Source: Octopus vulgaris
Lineage: Eukaryota
Assembly (NCBI GenBank): GCA_951406725.2
Contig: OX597828.1
Location: forward strand, 2,852,001 to 2,916,000
DNA length: 64,000 nt
Reading direction: 5' to 3'
A model generated the notes under the pieces. It made no database searches. It saw only the letters and a program-made list of their open reading frames with translations, and was not told where the DNA came from. Shown in pieces: positions 1 to 14,869 of this stretch (positions are counted from its first letter, which is position 1; each line of letters opens with the position of its first letter). The translations under genes and the position numbers were made by a program.

Positions 1-326
1 TTAGTCTTGGCTGGCTTTGACTGAGGAGACACGATGATGTCAAAACACCAGGTTTCCCAAAGTTCCCTTATGCTAATTACTCAAGTGTGTTATGAACATA
101 TATTCATCTGAATTTAGAAGTTGTTTGTCAGTGATGAAATACAACAATGTTTAGTATATTCATGTTCAAAGCTGCCAGAATGTATTAAGAGTGGATATGT
201 CATTGTAATATAAGGTAGTATTGACAGAGCTTTATATTAAGGATGGGTAGATGTACAGAAATATATACGGGTATCCATTCATGGGGGTCACTAAACCTGA
301 ACTCTCATTCTAGTGATAACTAACCA

Positions 327-869
327 TTAACCCTTTAGCATTCAGATTTTTCTGTCAAATGTAAAGCTTATTTATTCACATTACTTTGAATTATTTGCAT
401 TATCTCATAGCTTTGCGAGTTCAATGATGTGATTACTCTTTTACTTGTTTCAGTCAGTTGACTGCGGCCATGCTGGAGCACCACCTTTAGTCGAGCAACT
501 CGACCCCGGGACTTATTCTTTGTAAGCCCAGCACTTATTCTATCGGTCTCTTTTGCCGAGCCGCTAGGTGACAGGGACATAAACACACCAGCATCGGTTG
601 TCAAGCAATGCTAGGGGGACAAACACAGACACACAAACATACACGCACACACACATATATATATATATATATATACATATATACGATGGGCTTCTTTCAG
701 TTTCCGTCTACCAAATCTACTCACAAGGCATTGGTCGGCCCGAGGCTATAGTAGAAGACACTTGCTCAAGGTGCCACGCAAGCATGAAAGATCCAATCTA
801 GTTGGTTTGAACTGAAAACAGATAAAATATTTGTGCCAGATGTGGTCAGTTTAAGCACTTAAGGGTTAA
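327..869. mobile_element. piggyBac-like MITE (TTAA-CCC...GGG-TTAA) interrupted by a SINE
   Basis: ttaa|ccctttagcatt at 327 and agcacttaaggg|ttaa at 869; related internal sequence recurs at about 15423-15600. Confidence 0.55.
438..780 (-). mobile_element. tRNA-derived SINE family A (dominant family), 5'-truncated
   Basis: Shares 'gcggtgctccagcatggccgcagtca..tgactgaaacaagtaaaag' 3' end and 'gggcaagtgtcttctactatagcc' body with about 10 other copies in the window. Confidence 0.85.
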
Positions 870-2617
870 AATAGGTTTGTGGCTGACTCTGTGCTTCACA
901 TCAGGCAATAAACTCTCACTAGTTGACAACAGCTTGTTCTCTTTCCCCCTTGTAAGTAGACACTGTCTCCTGGTGCCTTCAATGAACCAGAAGGGTCCCT
1001 CTCCTTAGTCACTCAGCTACTTAGAAATAGCAGCTAAATCTTTCTCAAAAACTACACTATTGTCTTAAAAATATGGAAAGATATATTGCATAATATAACC
1101 CTAGAGATGCTATGTCTGAAAAAAAAATAAACAAAAAGAAAACAGAATGGTTATTAGTGAAACACTTTTGATTTTAGGCTTGTCCCAACAGGAATGACCT
1201 AAGGCTAGATAGAAACAAAACAGTGTTGAGATAAGGACCTAAGAAAGGTATCTATCTAATTTCTAAGTTTTAGATTTTGAACATGACAGAATTAGAATAA
1301 TCTTGGGCTCTAATATTTTACTACAACTGATGATTTTGTGTTCAAATCTTTGTGCAATCCCTCCATGGTTAGTAAAATAACTGTGCTATACCATAGTGAT
1401 GTACTTTGATCCACTTTGTGCTTTGCTCTAGAATTGAGCTTCAAACTTAATGCAACTTCAAGGTGTTTATTTCTTAGAAACAGTGGCATGATGAGTAAGG
1501 ATGCTGAAATACAGTTAAATTTTGCATGTACAGTCTCATTGCAGATTGTGTGTGTGTGTGTATGTGTGTGTTTTGAGTAAAATAACTGCAGAAATAAAAG
1601 ATTACTCATGTGTAGGCCTTGAGTTTATGCCATCTGCATTTTGCAGAAATCAAGGCAGAACATCTAAATTTTGGTACCTCAGTTTATATAACAAAAACAA
1701 ATAGGTACCACATTCTCTGTAACAAACTGATATTGTACCTATGAGTAATTAATATGTCATCTACTTAATACTATACTACAGAATTCAACTTGTTACAACT
1801 TATGTGGACATTTGACCGAAACATAGGGTACGAAAGAATGGCTGTTTGCTGTCCTTGGCAACTTGATGAATAAAATTTTTTTTTTAAATCTATAAGCTAC
1901 AAATTTATTAAAAACTGGTAAATAGTATTGTTTAGATAAAATGGACAGTAATTAGAAACAAGATAATTTGGAATTGTTTAGATTTTATTTCATTTGCACA
2001 TTACATTGTTTGGTGATCAATAGTATCATTGGTTATAGGTTTTCAATTGGCTAATCTCTAGTTTTCTGTATTCATGATGATGGCAGAGAAAGGGATTGTC
2101 TTCACAATTTGGGCGAAATAAATATCATAAGGTATTTTGTTCAAAAGCATAGATTTATCAGTTTTCTTATTGATGTTTATATTTTTTGCTAATATATATA
2201 CATTGCTGAAAGATGTACACATCACATATGTATGTATGTGTGTGTGTACACTTCCACTCCCCCCCCCCAGCGATCATTATTATCATTTTTTTTTTTCATG
2301 CTGGGATGGGTTGACCAAAACTTGCTGAGACAGTACTTTATGGCTGGATTCCTTTCCTGTCAACAGTCCTTACCTGGCTGTTTCTGATTGGTTAAATTGA
2401 ATATTTTTTTACTGATACTTCATTTATGAACTGAGAATAAAAACCCATCATCTGGATTTTACTGATACACCTGAGAATTATGTTAAGGATACCATTATCT
2501 GTGGAATGTTCAGCCACTTATATCTTAATTCAATGAGGAAATGATTTAATTGATCAAAGAACTGAATAATCAGTGTCAAAACTGATGGAGATCCATTTTT
2601 GCTTAGATACTGTAGAG

Positions 2618-3017
2618 CAGTGGTTCTCAACTAGAATCCATATGACCCCTGGGGTTCTATATAAGATGTTGGCAGGGTCCACACAAGCAAAATAGTGAAT
2701 TGGAGACCTGCAGTTGTATGTTAAGGGTCCATGTAAAAAGTTTGCTTTAAATGTATTTATTGCAAGAAATGTCTAGACTTCTTTCTTGAATGTTTCATTC
2801 AACTAAAGATTCTTCAAGGTGGTGCCCCAGCATGGCCACAGTCTAGTGACTGAAGCAAATGAAAGTTCAAAGATAGTTCAGCCTACACAACTTAATGGGC
2901 TAAAAGTGAAATAGGAATTTTGAAAGAGATATCTATAAGACTAGTTTTTAAACATTGAATGGCTATGGAGATCCACCAGAAAGGGGTCCATAGGTAAAAA
3001 TTGGTTGAGAACCACTA
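2618..3017. mobile_element. hAT-like MITE
   Basis: TIRs cagtggttctcaac / gttgagaaccacta; 8-bp TSD ctgtagag (2610-2617) / ccgtagag (3018-3025); related copy at about 31000-31335 in the opposite orientation. Confidence 0.75.
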
Positions 3018-3231
3018 CCGTAGAGCTTCCTATCCAGCATTACTTTTCTTTTTTTGTTTTTTGTGCCAGAAAGAACTTAATAAAGACAAGACAGTCCTGG
3101 CTGGAACGTCCTTTGATCAAAGGTCTGCTCAATCAGCTGTAAACAGCAACAACAAATATTGCTGTTGAATAACCTCAGTTAAAAATTTAAAGACAGCCCC
3201 CACCCCTCACTAAAACAGTTGTGAAATGGCT

Positions 3232-3455
3232 GGCTATAAGCTCCAATTTAATCCTGGCAATTATTCTACATTACCTTAATTCACTTATCTTTCTGAAATT
3301 GTTATTAGATTAGCTGAGAATCTTACCTGTAAAAGGCTGTCAGAATAGTCAGAAGATTATCTCTCTGCTTTACACTAGAAAACTATTGCTAAAAGGCAGT
3401 CTTTAAAGTCTCTTGAGTTTAAAATGGGTTTGTATATTTTCTTAAATCTCTATAT
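3232..3455. repeat. Old interspersed repeat; second copy at about 5704-5920
   Basis: Both copies share 'ataagctcc..attta.tcct', 'attcactta', 'agaatctta', 'gattatctctctgcttta' in the same order. Confidence 0.6.
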
Positions 3456-4259
3456 AGTTACATGTAATCTAAAGATACTGAAAAAGTCCAATGAATTCTA
3501 AGATACTAAGACTGTTGGGTTTCATGTAGTAAAAAAATTAATTTTTTGTTTTTGCTGCTGATGAAAGAATATGAAAAAGCTTCAAGTGAGAGGTGTCAAG
3601 TGTCTTGATTGATAAGAAGACGTCTCACAACTGAATATCACATGTAACACAGAACATGAATAAGAGAAAATAATTCACACCATATCCATCAGACCCAAGA
3701 TCTCTGTATTATGAGGTGGAAAGTTGAGTTGGATGATTTTCACTTTATTTGCAAAACCATATCTCCAAGAGCTACAAAATCATATAAAGTTGGTGCATAA
3801 ATTCAGTTAATGAATGCACATAAGAAATCAATCTACTCTTGAATTGCCCTCCATGAAAATTCTCAAAGGTTGTTCTCTTGTAGACCTATGGTCAACACAT
3901 TCCAGTTGTGACTGTCTTATCTTTTGTATATTGGAGACCATATTCAATATCTCCTTTATCTTTAAAAGTGTATTTGAGGGAATATTGCTGCTTTTTCTGG
4001 CAGGTCATGGGATGGCATAGAAATTCATAAATTTTGAACATAAATGCCCAATAACTTATCCACTTAAGCACTTCACATCTATGCCACTGAGTTACTTACA
4101 CTTCTTGAAGGAATGACAAATAGACTTGGCATTGATAGGGTTTACATTTCGGAATTATGAGGCTCTAAACTTACTCTTTACTGAAAACTGGATCACCACT
4201 CTATGGTGTCTGTTCTAACAAATATACATATGTACATATACTTACATAATTACATATAA

Positions 4260-4657
4260 CTAACAGTATCTCCCGGCGTTGCTCGGGTTTGTAAGGGAAA
4301 TAATTATATAAGCATTTTTAGAGATGTAAAGTATAATAGCCATCTCAATATGGCTAACCACAAAGGGGGGGGGTTGTTACTGTAGCTTTTTATGTTCTGA
4401 GATTTAATAATAAATTTTTAGAGAGTTACTTCCCTTATATATGCCAAAAATGCATTAAAAATGGGAAAAATTGATGGTAAATTTTTTTTAAATTGTAGAC
4501 TCATCATAGACGCGTGCTAATACCCAGAAGGGCTCGATATGAATCACAACTATAAGATACCCGGTTTTGGTTAAACTGCACTGCAAAATGTGGGAGTAGT
4601 TAGGAATCTAAATCGTAGGAGACAGACAACACACAACCTCACTTTTATATATAAAGA
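4260..4657 (-). mobile_element. Non-autonomous Helitron
   Basis: On the minus strand it starts TC-TTTATATATAAAA and ends with hairpin cccgagcaacgccggg followed by a CTAG-like end (ttag); inserted between A and T. Confidence 0.7.
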
Positions 4658-4719
4658 TATATATATATGCGAGCGCTGCCTTGACTGGCTTCCGTGCCAG
4701 TGGCATGTTAAAAGCATAA

Positions 4720-5660
<941 letters not shown>

Positions 5661-6200
5661 GCGTACAGATACATATATGTTTTAGCATGTTTTTTGGATA
5701 TTGGCCATAAGCTCCGATTTACTCCTAGCGTTTACATTGCCTCAATTCACTTACTTTTCTGGAATAATTATCAGATTTACTAAGAATCTTATTTGTGATA
5801 TGTTGGCATTCTATGCAGGAGATTATCTCTCTCTGCTTTATACTATGAAATTGTAGCTAAGAAGTTTTTAAAATCTCTTTGGTTTAGAATGGTGTTTGCA
5901 TATTTTCTGGAGTCTGTATATGAGCTGTATATTATATTTGTTATTAAATGAAAAATGTGAATTATTTTCAATTGATTAATGCTAGCTTAATGTATGGAAT
6001 TAAGTGCCATAATTCAGCAAAAAACAAGCACAGTATTCGCTATCTTTCAAGTGCTGTAGTGATATTAAGTATGAAGCTATTAAATATGTGCCTTGAATTC
6101 AGTTCTAAAACACAAAAAATATAAGGAAAATGGAAACAGAATAAAAACTGTTAGTGTAATTGTCAATGCAGAGCTTCAGTGTACATGTATAGGTTTCATT

Positions 6201-6360
6201 ATATGAGGGTTGGCTGTAAACTTCATAAGCTGACTAAGATATTCTCATTAAATGTAAACAAATGAGGTTTACTTTTCAACCTAGTCCCCCATTGCAGTCC
6301 ACACACTTCTTCTATCAGTGTTGCAGTCCTTGAATCCCATTGGTGAAGAAGCTTTCATCA
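6201..6360 (+). mobile_element. mariner-like MITE end fragment
   Basis: ta-tgagggttggctgtaaacttc resembles the TA-CGAGG mariner TIR seen at 27189/29355. Confidence 0.4.
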
Positions 6361-6609
6361 TTACTAAGTAATTGAATGAAACACAGAGCATTTCAAAATA
6401 AATAATGAAAGGGTCAATAAGTCATGCTCATATCCATCTTGCTTTTGGTGGCCTGAGGACTCACATGAGGAGTCACCAGGTGGAGTGAATTGTAAACATG
6501 GGTGAATGGTGGTAATAGTAATGGGAGTGTGTTGTTGATTGTCTGTTTGATTGGCTTCTTTTTTCCTGTCTTCTCACTGACAGGAGAGTCCATCATGTAT
6601 ATGCCTTTT

Positions 6610-7040
6610 ATCTTTTAATCATTTCATTTATCAGACCATGACTGTGGCCATGTTGGAGCACCACTTTCAAGAAGTTTTAGTTGAGTAGTTCAAACACAGT
6701 ACTTATTTTTCATAAGCCTAGTACTTAATCTATTGGTCTCTTTTGTTGAACCACTAAGTTACAGGGATGTAAATACACCAACACCAGGTGTCAAGTAGTG
6801 GTGGAGGACAAACACAGATACAGTTACATACACACACACACTCATACACACACACACTCATACACACATATATGATGACAGGCCTCTTTCAGTTTCCATC
6901 TACCAAATCCACTCACAAAGTTTTGGTTGGCCCAAAGTTATAGTAGAAGACATTTGCCCAGGTTGCCACACATTGAGAATGAATTTGAAACCATGTGGTT
7001 GGGAAGCAAACTTCTTATCTCACAGCCACGTCTGTGCCTA
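6610..7040 (-). mobile_element. SINE family A copy
   Basis: Same head (ggctgtg..gtaagaagtttgcttcccaaccacatggtt) and tail as other copies. Confidence 0.8.
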
Positions 7041-8254
7041 TATGCTCACTCGTTTCCAGGACTGGACATAAATGATAGAGTGAAAATACTTGGGTACTAA
7101 CATATTACTCGAGTTTATCACTGATTTTGCAGGTCCTGAGGTGCCCCTTTACCAGTAACATTAAGTGAGATTTGAAATCAAAATAAAACAGATATCACAT
7201 GGCCTCCCAGCTGAAGTTCTGGTTTTATTTATCAACGTCTGAAAGGATGAAAAAACAATTGATCTTGACATGATTTGAACTCAAAGCACAGAGAATTGGA
7301 TCAAATACTTTAAGACATCCTGCTTCAAGAGTGACCACACAGTGGCTTCCACAGGTTCTGTTAGTGTGTGAATTCTGTTATTGTTTTTCTGCCCAATTTC
7401 ATTTCACTAATGCACTTACCGTACTACCTTTCTCCCTTTCTCTCTATATCTATCTGTGTGTATGTGTGTGTGTGTGTACACATACACACATACTTTCTTT
7501 CTCTCTCTCTCTCTCAGTTCTTGTTTCTGTATCATGCCTGCTTAGAAATATAGACATGAATGCAGTACAGATAACGGATAGCAATCAGTTTCTCTTTGTC
7601 TTCTCACATTCATAAAATGCTGCACCAATATTTCATTCTCACACACACACAGACACCATTTCTTACTTTTTTCCCCTGTCTCTCCCTCCTGTTTCCTCAT
7701 CTCCATTGTAATCTCCCTCCTCTCTTCTATATAACAGCACTCAGGTTACACAGTGGTGCTCCTACACACATTCACACCCAAATATACACAGAGACAGAGA
7801 AAGGAAGAGTAAGACTTGCTATGTGTACTTCCAATCAATGACTCCATGGTCAGCTATATTATTAATGAATATATATTAAAAATACACGTCCATTAAACCT
7901 ATTAGGTCACACACACACACTCACATTGTACTTTTATTTCTATGGTACTTTCATTTCATACTATGAACATCATAATGAGCCAACAAAAGAGTAACTGTGC
8001 CAGAGGTGAGAAATTTTTTAGTGCAACGGGAAAATTGCAAGTGCATAAGACACTTGATGGGGGTGTTGGGGAGGCACATCAATGATGAGCAAAATAACGA
8101 ACCTTTAGTTGTTTTACTTGACGAGGAATTGTCAAGAAGAAATCAATATTATTTTATAGAAGTCAACTTCGTCTTTCACCCTTCCCGGGCCCCAAAAGTT
8201 CAGGCCCTGTGTCTATAGTAGAAAGGATTATTATAATTAGATGAACCTTTAGCA

Positions 8255-8893
8255 TGCCTATGCAGAACCTTTAGCACGCAAAATGCCTTGTGGCATTTTG
8301 CCTGTCCTTACGTTCTGAGTTCAAATTTCTATGAGGTTGATTTTGTCTTTCATCTTTTCAGGGTCGATAAAGTAAGTACCAGTTGAACACTGGGGTCAAT
8401 GTAATTGACTCGTCCCCTCCCCCCAAAATTTGAAACCATTATTATTATTTGTATTAGCAGAATCATTATTATATCAAACAAAATGCTGCGTAGTATTCCG
8501 TTCAGTTCTTTATATTTTGAGTTCCAATCTCACCAAAGTCAACTTTAATTTTTATCCTTCCTGGGTTGATAAAATAAAGTTACTTGTCAAGAACAGGGGT
8601 TGATTTCATCAACTAACCCCTTCCCCTCAAAACTATTGACCATGTGCCTACTTTGGAAACGATTATTATTATTATTATCATCACTAAGGTGGCAAGCTGG
8701 CAGAAACGTTAGCACGCCGGGCGAAATGCTTAGCGATATTTCGTCTGTCTTTATGTTCTGATTTCAAATTCCGCCAATGCCTTTCATTCTTTCGGGGTCA
8801 ATAAATTAAGTACCAGTTGTGTACTGGGGTCGATGTAATCAACTGGCTCCCTCCCCCCAAATTTCGGGCCTTGTGCCTAGAGCAGAAAAGATT
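8255..8893 (+). mobile_element. Three tandem SINE family B copies (tRNA-derived, 'gcctttcatcctttcggggtcgataaa..aagtaccag' core, (att)n tail)
   Basis: B-box-like gagttcaaatt, conserved core and (tta)n tails; best copy 8686-8893. Confidence 0.8.
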
Positions 8894-9779
8894 ATCATTA
8901 TCACTGTTCTGATGACTTAAAATACCCAATATTTCACTGCCTCATCCCACATCTTCCTGAGCCTATCTCTTCCACAGGTTCCCTCCACAATTAGAGACCA
9001 GCACTTCTTTGCTCAACTGTCCTTGTCTATATGTGCATCACATGACCATACTGTTTCAATTAATTTAGAAAATCAAGAATTTGAAAGGTTTCAGTAAAAT
9101 AACTTTGTCATTGCTGATGTTTGGAACATATCTTAATAAAATTTCTTACAATTAATTTGATCAGGAACCCTTTTAAAACAAGATGTATTTTTTTGTCCAA
9201 ACCACAGGTGATTTCAAATAGTTTGAAATCATAAAAGTTAAATGAAACATTCATCAGGTTTACAGTATTGCTAGTGCCTGCTTACAGCATTGAATTATAA
9301 TCACAATGTCTTACCTCTTTAAAACCAGGGGTGTGGTCAGTTTAAATGCATCAACCAAAAACACAGCACAGTGACATTGACAGGCTTTGAGGATGGTTAT
9401 TCTGATATTCTTGATGATGATAATTTCAAATTTTGGCTCAAGGCCAATTGAGGAGGGATGCAATTGGTTACATCAATCTTTTACTTGACTGCTACTTTCT
9501 TTTATTGACCACAAAAGGATAAAAGGCAAAATTGACTTTGGCAGTATTTGAACTCAGAGTGTAAAGAACCAGAAGATATGCCAAATAATGATCATTTCTA
9601 TTGGCCCAATGACCCAAGAAGTTGGGAATGGTATGAAATACAAAATAGTGGGACTTTACATCAAGTAAAAAAGTGAAATCAACAAAAACAATAGATAAGT
9701 TACCAACAATAAAAGTTCCCCAGAAGGGGAAAAAAAACTACTTTGAAAATTCTAGGTGAATAGTCTCTCTCTAAGTTTC

Positions 9780-10560
9780 TTGCTGCTTGTCTATAGCCAT
9801 GTAAGACTTAGCTTTGTCAGTTTCATTGCTCTGAACCACTTTGTGTAAAACACACTGGATCACACTACCTTCCTTTCCACCTTCACTTGTCTCTTTAAGC
9901 AGTACATGAAGAAGCTGATGCGAACTTGGTCCGAGAAGAGATACTCTGTTTTAAAACCTTTTAACTGTGTTCAATGCTCAACTTCTTTCAGCATAGACAC
10001 AAAGCAGATGACCAGTTACTCTTCCTTCCCCAAGTAAAGTGGTGTCACTCTTTACAACTGACTCCCTTGTTAGTCAGATTTATCAGGCATTTGATAGCAA
10101 GTATTTGACAATAAGTCCTCAAGTCAACAAATCACAGACACTGATCAGTTGATCAGAATGGCTTCAGTACCTGCATGCATCTCAGGCAGGTTTGGTTGCT
10201 GGCACTTTCATGTCTGTAGAGCGTACCCTGAACTGGCAATCCTTCCTCCCTGCCACATGCAGTACTGCAAAGCCTTTTGAAAATAATCCATAATCCCTGA
10301 TCTGAAAATTCCCTGGGAGAAAATGTTCTGAATGTCCTCATCAATACCCAGAAATATTCTCAAGCTGTATTTTTATAGAATACAAAGCCTGGCTTTCCAT
10401 CGACTGCATTGTCCAGCTGTTAGAGTGCAGCGAGTGCCTGACAAATGCCCGACCTTGCTCAATCAAAAAAGGTCACTGCAAAAAGCCTTGTCATACAAAA
10501 ATGTTTACTGTCGATGTCATCACAGTTGTCCAAGAATCTTTCCCGATGCATCACCCTCAG
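9780..10560 (-). mobile_element. L1/Tx1-like LINE 3' ORF2 remnant
   Basis: Minus ORF 10153-10344 'GLPVQGTLYRH..NQTCLRC' resembles the post-RT LP...CxxC zinc region of Tx1/L1 elements; frameshifted. Confidence 0.55.
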
Positions 10561-11261
10561 CATTCATCATCTTCATCATCATACATCCTTTTTTCCATGC
10601 TAGCATGGATTGGACAGTTTGACAAGAACAGATGAACCAGAGGGCCCCATCAAGTCCTGTGTTTGCTTGGGCATGGTTTCCACAGCAAGATGATCTTCCT
10701 GAAACCAACCACTTAACAGAGTGTATTAGGTGATTTTTACTGGGTACCAACACGGGTGAGATCACCAAGTACCCACAAAATAAGACCTCCTCAACTGAGC
10801 AGGGAATAGACTGGAGAAAGAATCTAGGACAGAGGGAGAAGAAAGTGAGAGAGAGAGAAAGAAAGAAATGTAAGGTCTAGGTTACAACATGAATATGAGA
10901 ACACAATAAGAAGTGCACAGGATGAAAATAGTGCAACAGATGATTAGAAATAGGGAATGAGTTGGACCCAAAAAATATCAATTCTATGTAGCAAGAAGTG
11001 AAGAAAATAGATGAGTTGTAAGGGAAGCTTCATCTCTGCCAAGATGGACAGGTCTTCTCAAGTGCAGTGCAATTTCATTTATCTCAATCCCCTTTATATC
11101 TCATCTGAGAGGCTCAACATCTTTAGGTCAGTCTTGACCACTATGTCCCATGTCTTCCTTGGTCTACCTCATCAACATGTTCCTTCCACATTTAGCAATC
11201 AGCACTTCTTTATACTGCTGTCCTCATTCTTACACAATAACAACAACAACAACAATAATAA

Positions 11262-11975
11262 TACTCCTTTCTACTATAAAACACAAGGGCTGAAATTTGA
11301 GGGTTGGAGACTAGTTGATTACATCAACCCCAGTGTTTCACTGGTACTTAATTTATTGACCCCCAAAAGGATGAAAGGCAAAGTTTACCTCAGCAAAATT
11401 TGAACTCAGAATGTAAGATCAGACGAAATGCCGCTAAGCATTTTGCCCAGCATGCTAATGATTCTGCCAAATCGCTACCTTCATGATAATAAAAAGAAGA
11501 AGAAGCAAGCTGGATACCCAACGCATTACACGCACAACACACAATGCAGACACTAATACAACAAAAGACTGCACCACACCTCAAAACAAAAAAAAAAACA
11601 TGCAATACAATACCAGGAAGAGTTTGCACACTCAGCAACAAAAAGAACACAATACGCCCCCCCCCCCCAGCAACATGGAGGTGCAGCAGATGATGCAGTA
11701 GAAATTTGCCTGAAACTACCATATGTTGAACAACAATAATAATAATCCTTTCTATTACAGGCACAAGGCCTGAATTTTTTTTGTGTGTGTGTGTGGTGGT
11801 GGGGGAGAGCTAGTTAATTACATTGACCCTAATACATGTCAAGTATTCATTTTATCGACTCCAAAAGGATGAAAAGCAAAGTCAACCTCAGTGGAATTTG
11901 AACTCAGAACGTAAAGACGGATGAAATGCCACTACACATTTCATTTGATGTGCTAATAATAATTCTGCCAGCTTG
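11262..11975 (-). mobile_element. Two SINE family B copies (11262-11482, 11742-11975)
   Basis: Reverse complement of family B core (aaaggatgaaaggcaaagt...atttgaactcagaa). Confidence 0.8.
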
Positions 11976-12948
11976 TAAATAATAGAAGTTATTTCTGATT
12001 TAAGCATGGCCAGCAATTTTGAGACAAGGAAGTTAGTCCGTACAATCAACCCTAGTATTTGACTGGTACTTTATTTTATTGATCATGGTACGGTCTTAAG
12101 GCAGGATTTGAACTTTGAATGTAAAGAACTGGAAGAAATACCATGTCTACTGATCTAATTATCTTGCCTACCTTCACTCCATAGAAATAATGGATAATGA
12201 TTTTGTTTACAATGAGGGCAATACAAATAAAAAAACAATTTAAATTCACTAACAAAAACAAAACTTTTAATGCTATAAACACATTCTTATGCTGCACTGA
12301 ACTAAAACCAGGTCAGTTTATACACCTGAAATTCACTCAGCCATTCATTCTCTTCTGGGTATTGCTTGTTTAAGGAGTGGTGGTAGGGGTGGCCTCTTTA
12401 CTTCCTGTCTATATTTATAGATTCAGACAGTTTCCACAGAGAGGCCAGGGTCATGTTCTAATTGGTCCCCGCCACCTCTTATTGCTACTATTGACTCAAT
12501 AGTTAGTTTAAAAGACCTATGTATTAAGGAGCACTCTATGACACATTGTAAATTTCAGATGGTAGTGGCAGTGGTGGTGATGAGAGCACTCATTTTTCTG
12601 TTTAACCATTGAATGTCAGCAGTTTTATACCTGGATTTAATGCCATTCATATACATTCCTAAAATAGATCAGTGATATTTATAAACATTGTAGTTTGGGC
12701 AGGCTTTCATGTAGAAATCAATAAACAGATGCTTAAGATTGATTAGACTTATATAGATTTTACACACGGTACAAGTTCTGGGCAGATATTTACGAAAACA
12801 GATGAACAACTAGACATGCATGTGTGCGCGCACACACACAGCGTTGACATATATTGATCTTTATAATGTCTACAATATAGTCACATACATCCCAATGGAT
12901 GTCTGTGTATATTGATCACAAATTAGTGTCTACAACATACACACACAT

Positions 12949-14060
12949 ATATGAGAGTAACAGTTGAAGAAATTGCTGCAGTGAAAGAGTTAATTATACA
13001 TATATTTATTTATAAGTGAGGACCTGGTAAAGGCTCTTTATTATAGCTGGCTAAGTTTACCGTGTTGAAATTAGTTACAGTTCACTCTTACTATCAGCAG
13101 GATACAGTGCCTTAACTTTTTTTAATAATATTTCCTATGAAATATACTACGTGTTTCAATTAATTTTGGTAAAAAAAAATCAAGAATTTTTGGAGGGATT
13201 TAGTAAAATAATTATGTCATTCATTTTCAAGCTGATGCTTGGAGCATGATATAACTGAATGAAATTACATGAAACCGTTTTTTTTTTTTTGCTTCAATCA
13301 TTCTAAGTCTTTTTTTTTTATTTGGTGATGTTTATCACCTGGTTATATTTACTATCACTAACATATCCCTAGAAGTAGTCCCATAGAATTAAAGTTATTG
13401 GACACACAGAAATCATGCATATTCTTGTCTCCATGGTTGATGAGAGATTCTCTTTGTGTATTGTCCTTTTACACATATTGTTTCTGTGTCTCACTTTGAT
13501 TTTTACTCCATAAAATGACAGAAATTTTAGATTCATATATGAACACTTTAAAATTAGAGGTTTTGTATCATACAACTACAGGCACCTCAAATGGGCTGGT
13601 TTCAAAAAAAGCTAGTCAAACTCTATGAACGGGTAGCGGGTATAGAAGAAATTAATCATGCAGACAAATTCAGTAGATTCTCCAATTGTAACATTGCCAA
13701 AAAATTGGTGTCAGCATCTCACCATCTGCCATGCTCTGTCATTAGATTAAAGGTTAACAGTTCATAATCTATCCCTGGTGGTTTGTCACTAGGACTAGGT
13801 TCAACTTGTAGGAAATATTCTCACAGCTGCAGCCTATATATGTACTTGGCTTATTAGTTTACTTTCTCACATGAGGCTTTTGTTATCAGTACTTCAGTCA
13901 AATCTTCTCATTGATTTCCCTGCCATTATTCTGGTGTCTGTGTATAAGAGAGACTTAGCTAGCTACAGTAAAGAATCTTTACCAGGGCCTCATTTAGAGA
14001 TAAATTTATAAATAATTAACTCTTTAGCTGCTGTAATTTCTTCAGCTGTTACTCTCATAT
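12949..14060. mobile_element. Degenerate element with ~110-bp terminal inverted repeats, probably Penelope-like
   Basis: 12949-13057 is the approximate reverse complement of 13953-14060; interior minus ORF 13369-13575 weakly resembles a GIY-YIG C-terminus. Confidence 0.45.
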
Positions 14061-14458
14061 ATATATAGATGTACATGTGTGTGTGTGTGTGTGTGTGTAG
14101 TAGTAGTAGTAAACTATTTTGAATAATACTGTTACTGTTGTTATTATCATTATTATTAGGGTGGCAAGCTGGCACACAAGGCAAAATGCTTCATGTATTG
14201 AGTTCAAATTCTGCTGAGATCGAATTTGCCTTTCATCCTCTCGGGGTCAATAAAATAAGTACCAGTAGATCACTGGGGTTGATGTAATCGACTTAGCCCC
14301 TCCCTTGACATAACTGACCTTGTGTGTGAAAACATCATCATTATCAGTATTATTATTATCATTATTATTATTATTATTATTATCATTATTACTACTACTA
14401 CACTTTTTATACACTTTTTATTTACATTTGACGGATATTTGTCCTCATCTTTGTTGTT

Positions 14459-14504
14459 AACACAACTTTTCGGCTGATATACCCTCCAGCTTTCATCAGG
14501 TGTC
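14459..14504 (-). ncRNA. Minimal type I hammerhead ribozyme motif
   Basis: GACAC-CUGAUGA-A-AGCUG-loop-CAGCC-GAAA-AG-UU-GUGUU; stem I 5 bp, one stem II mismatch. Confidence 0.7.
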
Positions 14505-14728
14505 TTGGTGAAATTTGAACCTGGGTTCTCATTCCTAAGGTAGTTTTCAATGTTATTATTATTATTCAGGTCACTGCTTGGAATCGAACTCAAAATCTTG
14601 GGGTTAGTAGCCCGCGCTCTTAACTGCTACACCATATGCCCAATAATAATAATAATAGTAGTAGTAGTAGTAGTAGTAACATCAAAAAATACCTTAGGAA
14701 TGAGAACCCAGGTTCGAAATTTCCCCAA

Positions 14729-14774
14729 GACACCTGATGAAGGCTGGAGGATATATCAGCTGAACCGTTAAGTT
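14729..14774 (+). ncRNA. Decayed hammerhead motif (GAAA mutated to GAAC, stem I damaged)
   Basis: gacac-ctgatga-a-ggctg...cagct-gaac-cg-tt-aagtt. Confidence 0.5.
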
Positions 14775-14869
14775 AACAACAAACAAGATGAGGACAAATA
14801 TCCATCAATTGTAAATAATGTTAATAATTCTTCATCTCTTAAATATAGAACTGTACACTTTTTATTGTT

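Larger units (their letters stand above)
14422..14851. mobile_element. Palindromic pair of tRNA-headed, hammerhead-bearing SINE-like elements (locus 1)
   Basis: Minus arm 14641->14422 has a tRNA-like head (A box tggtgtagcag, B box gagttcgattcc); plus arm 14678-14851 lacks the head; 12-bp direct repeat tacactttttat at 14410-14421 and 14854-14865. Confidence 0.8.

Noticed and set aside
14565-14641. tRNA gene
   Set aside because: Has A/B boxes but no proper acceptor stem or terminator and is fused to a repeat body; treated as a SINE head, as are 30631-30707, 57184 and 62178.
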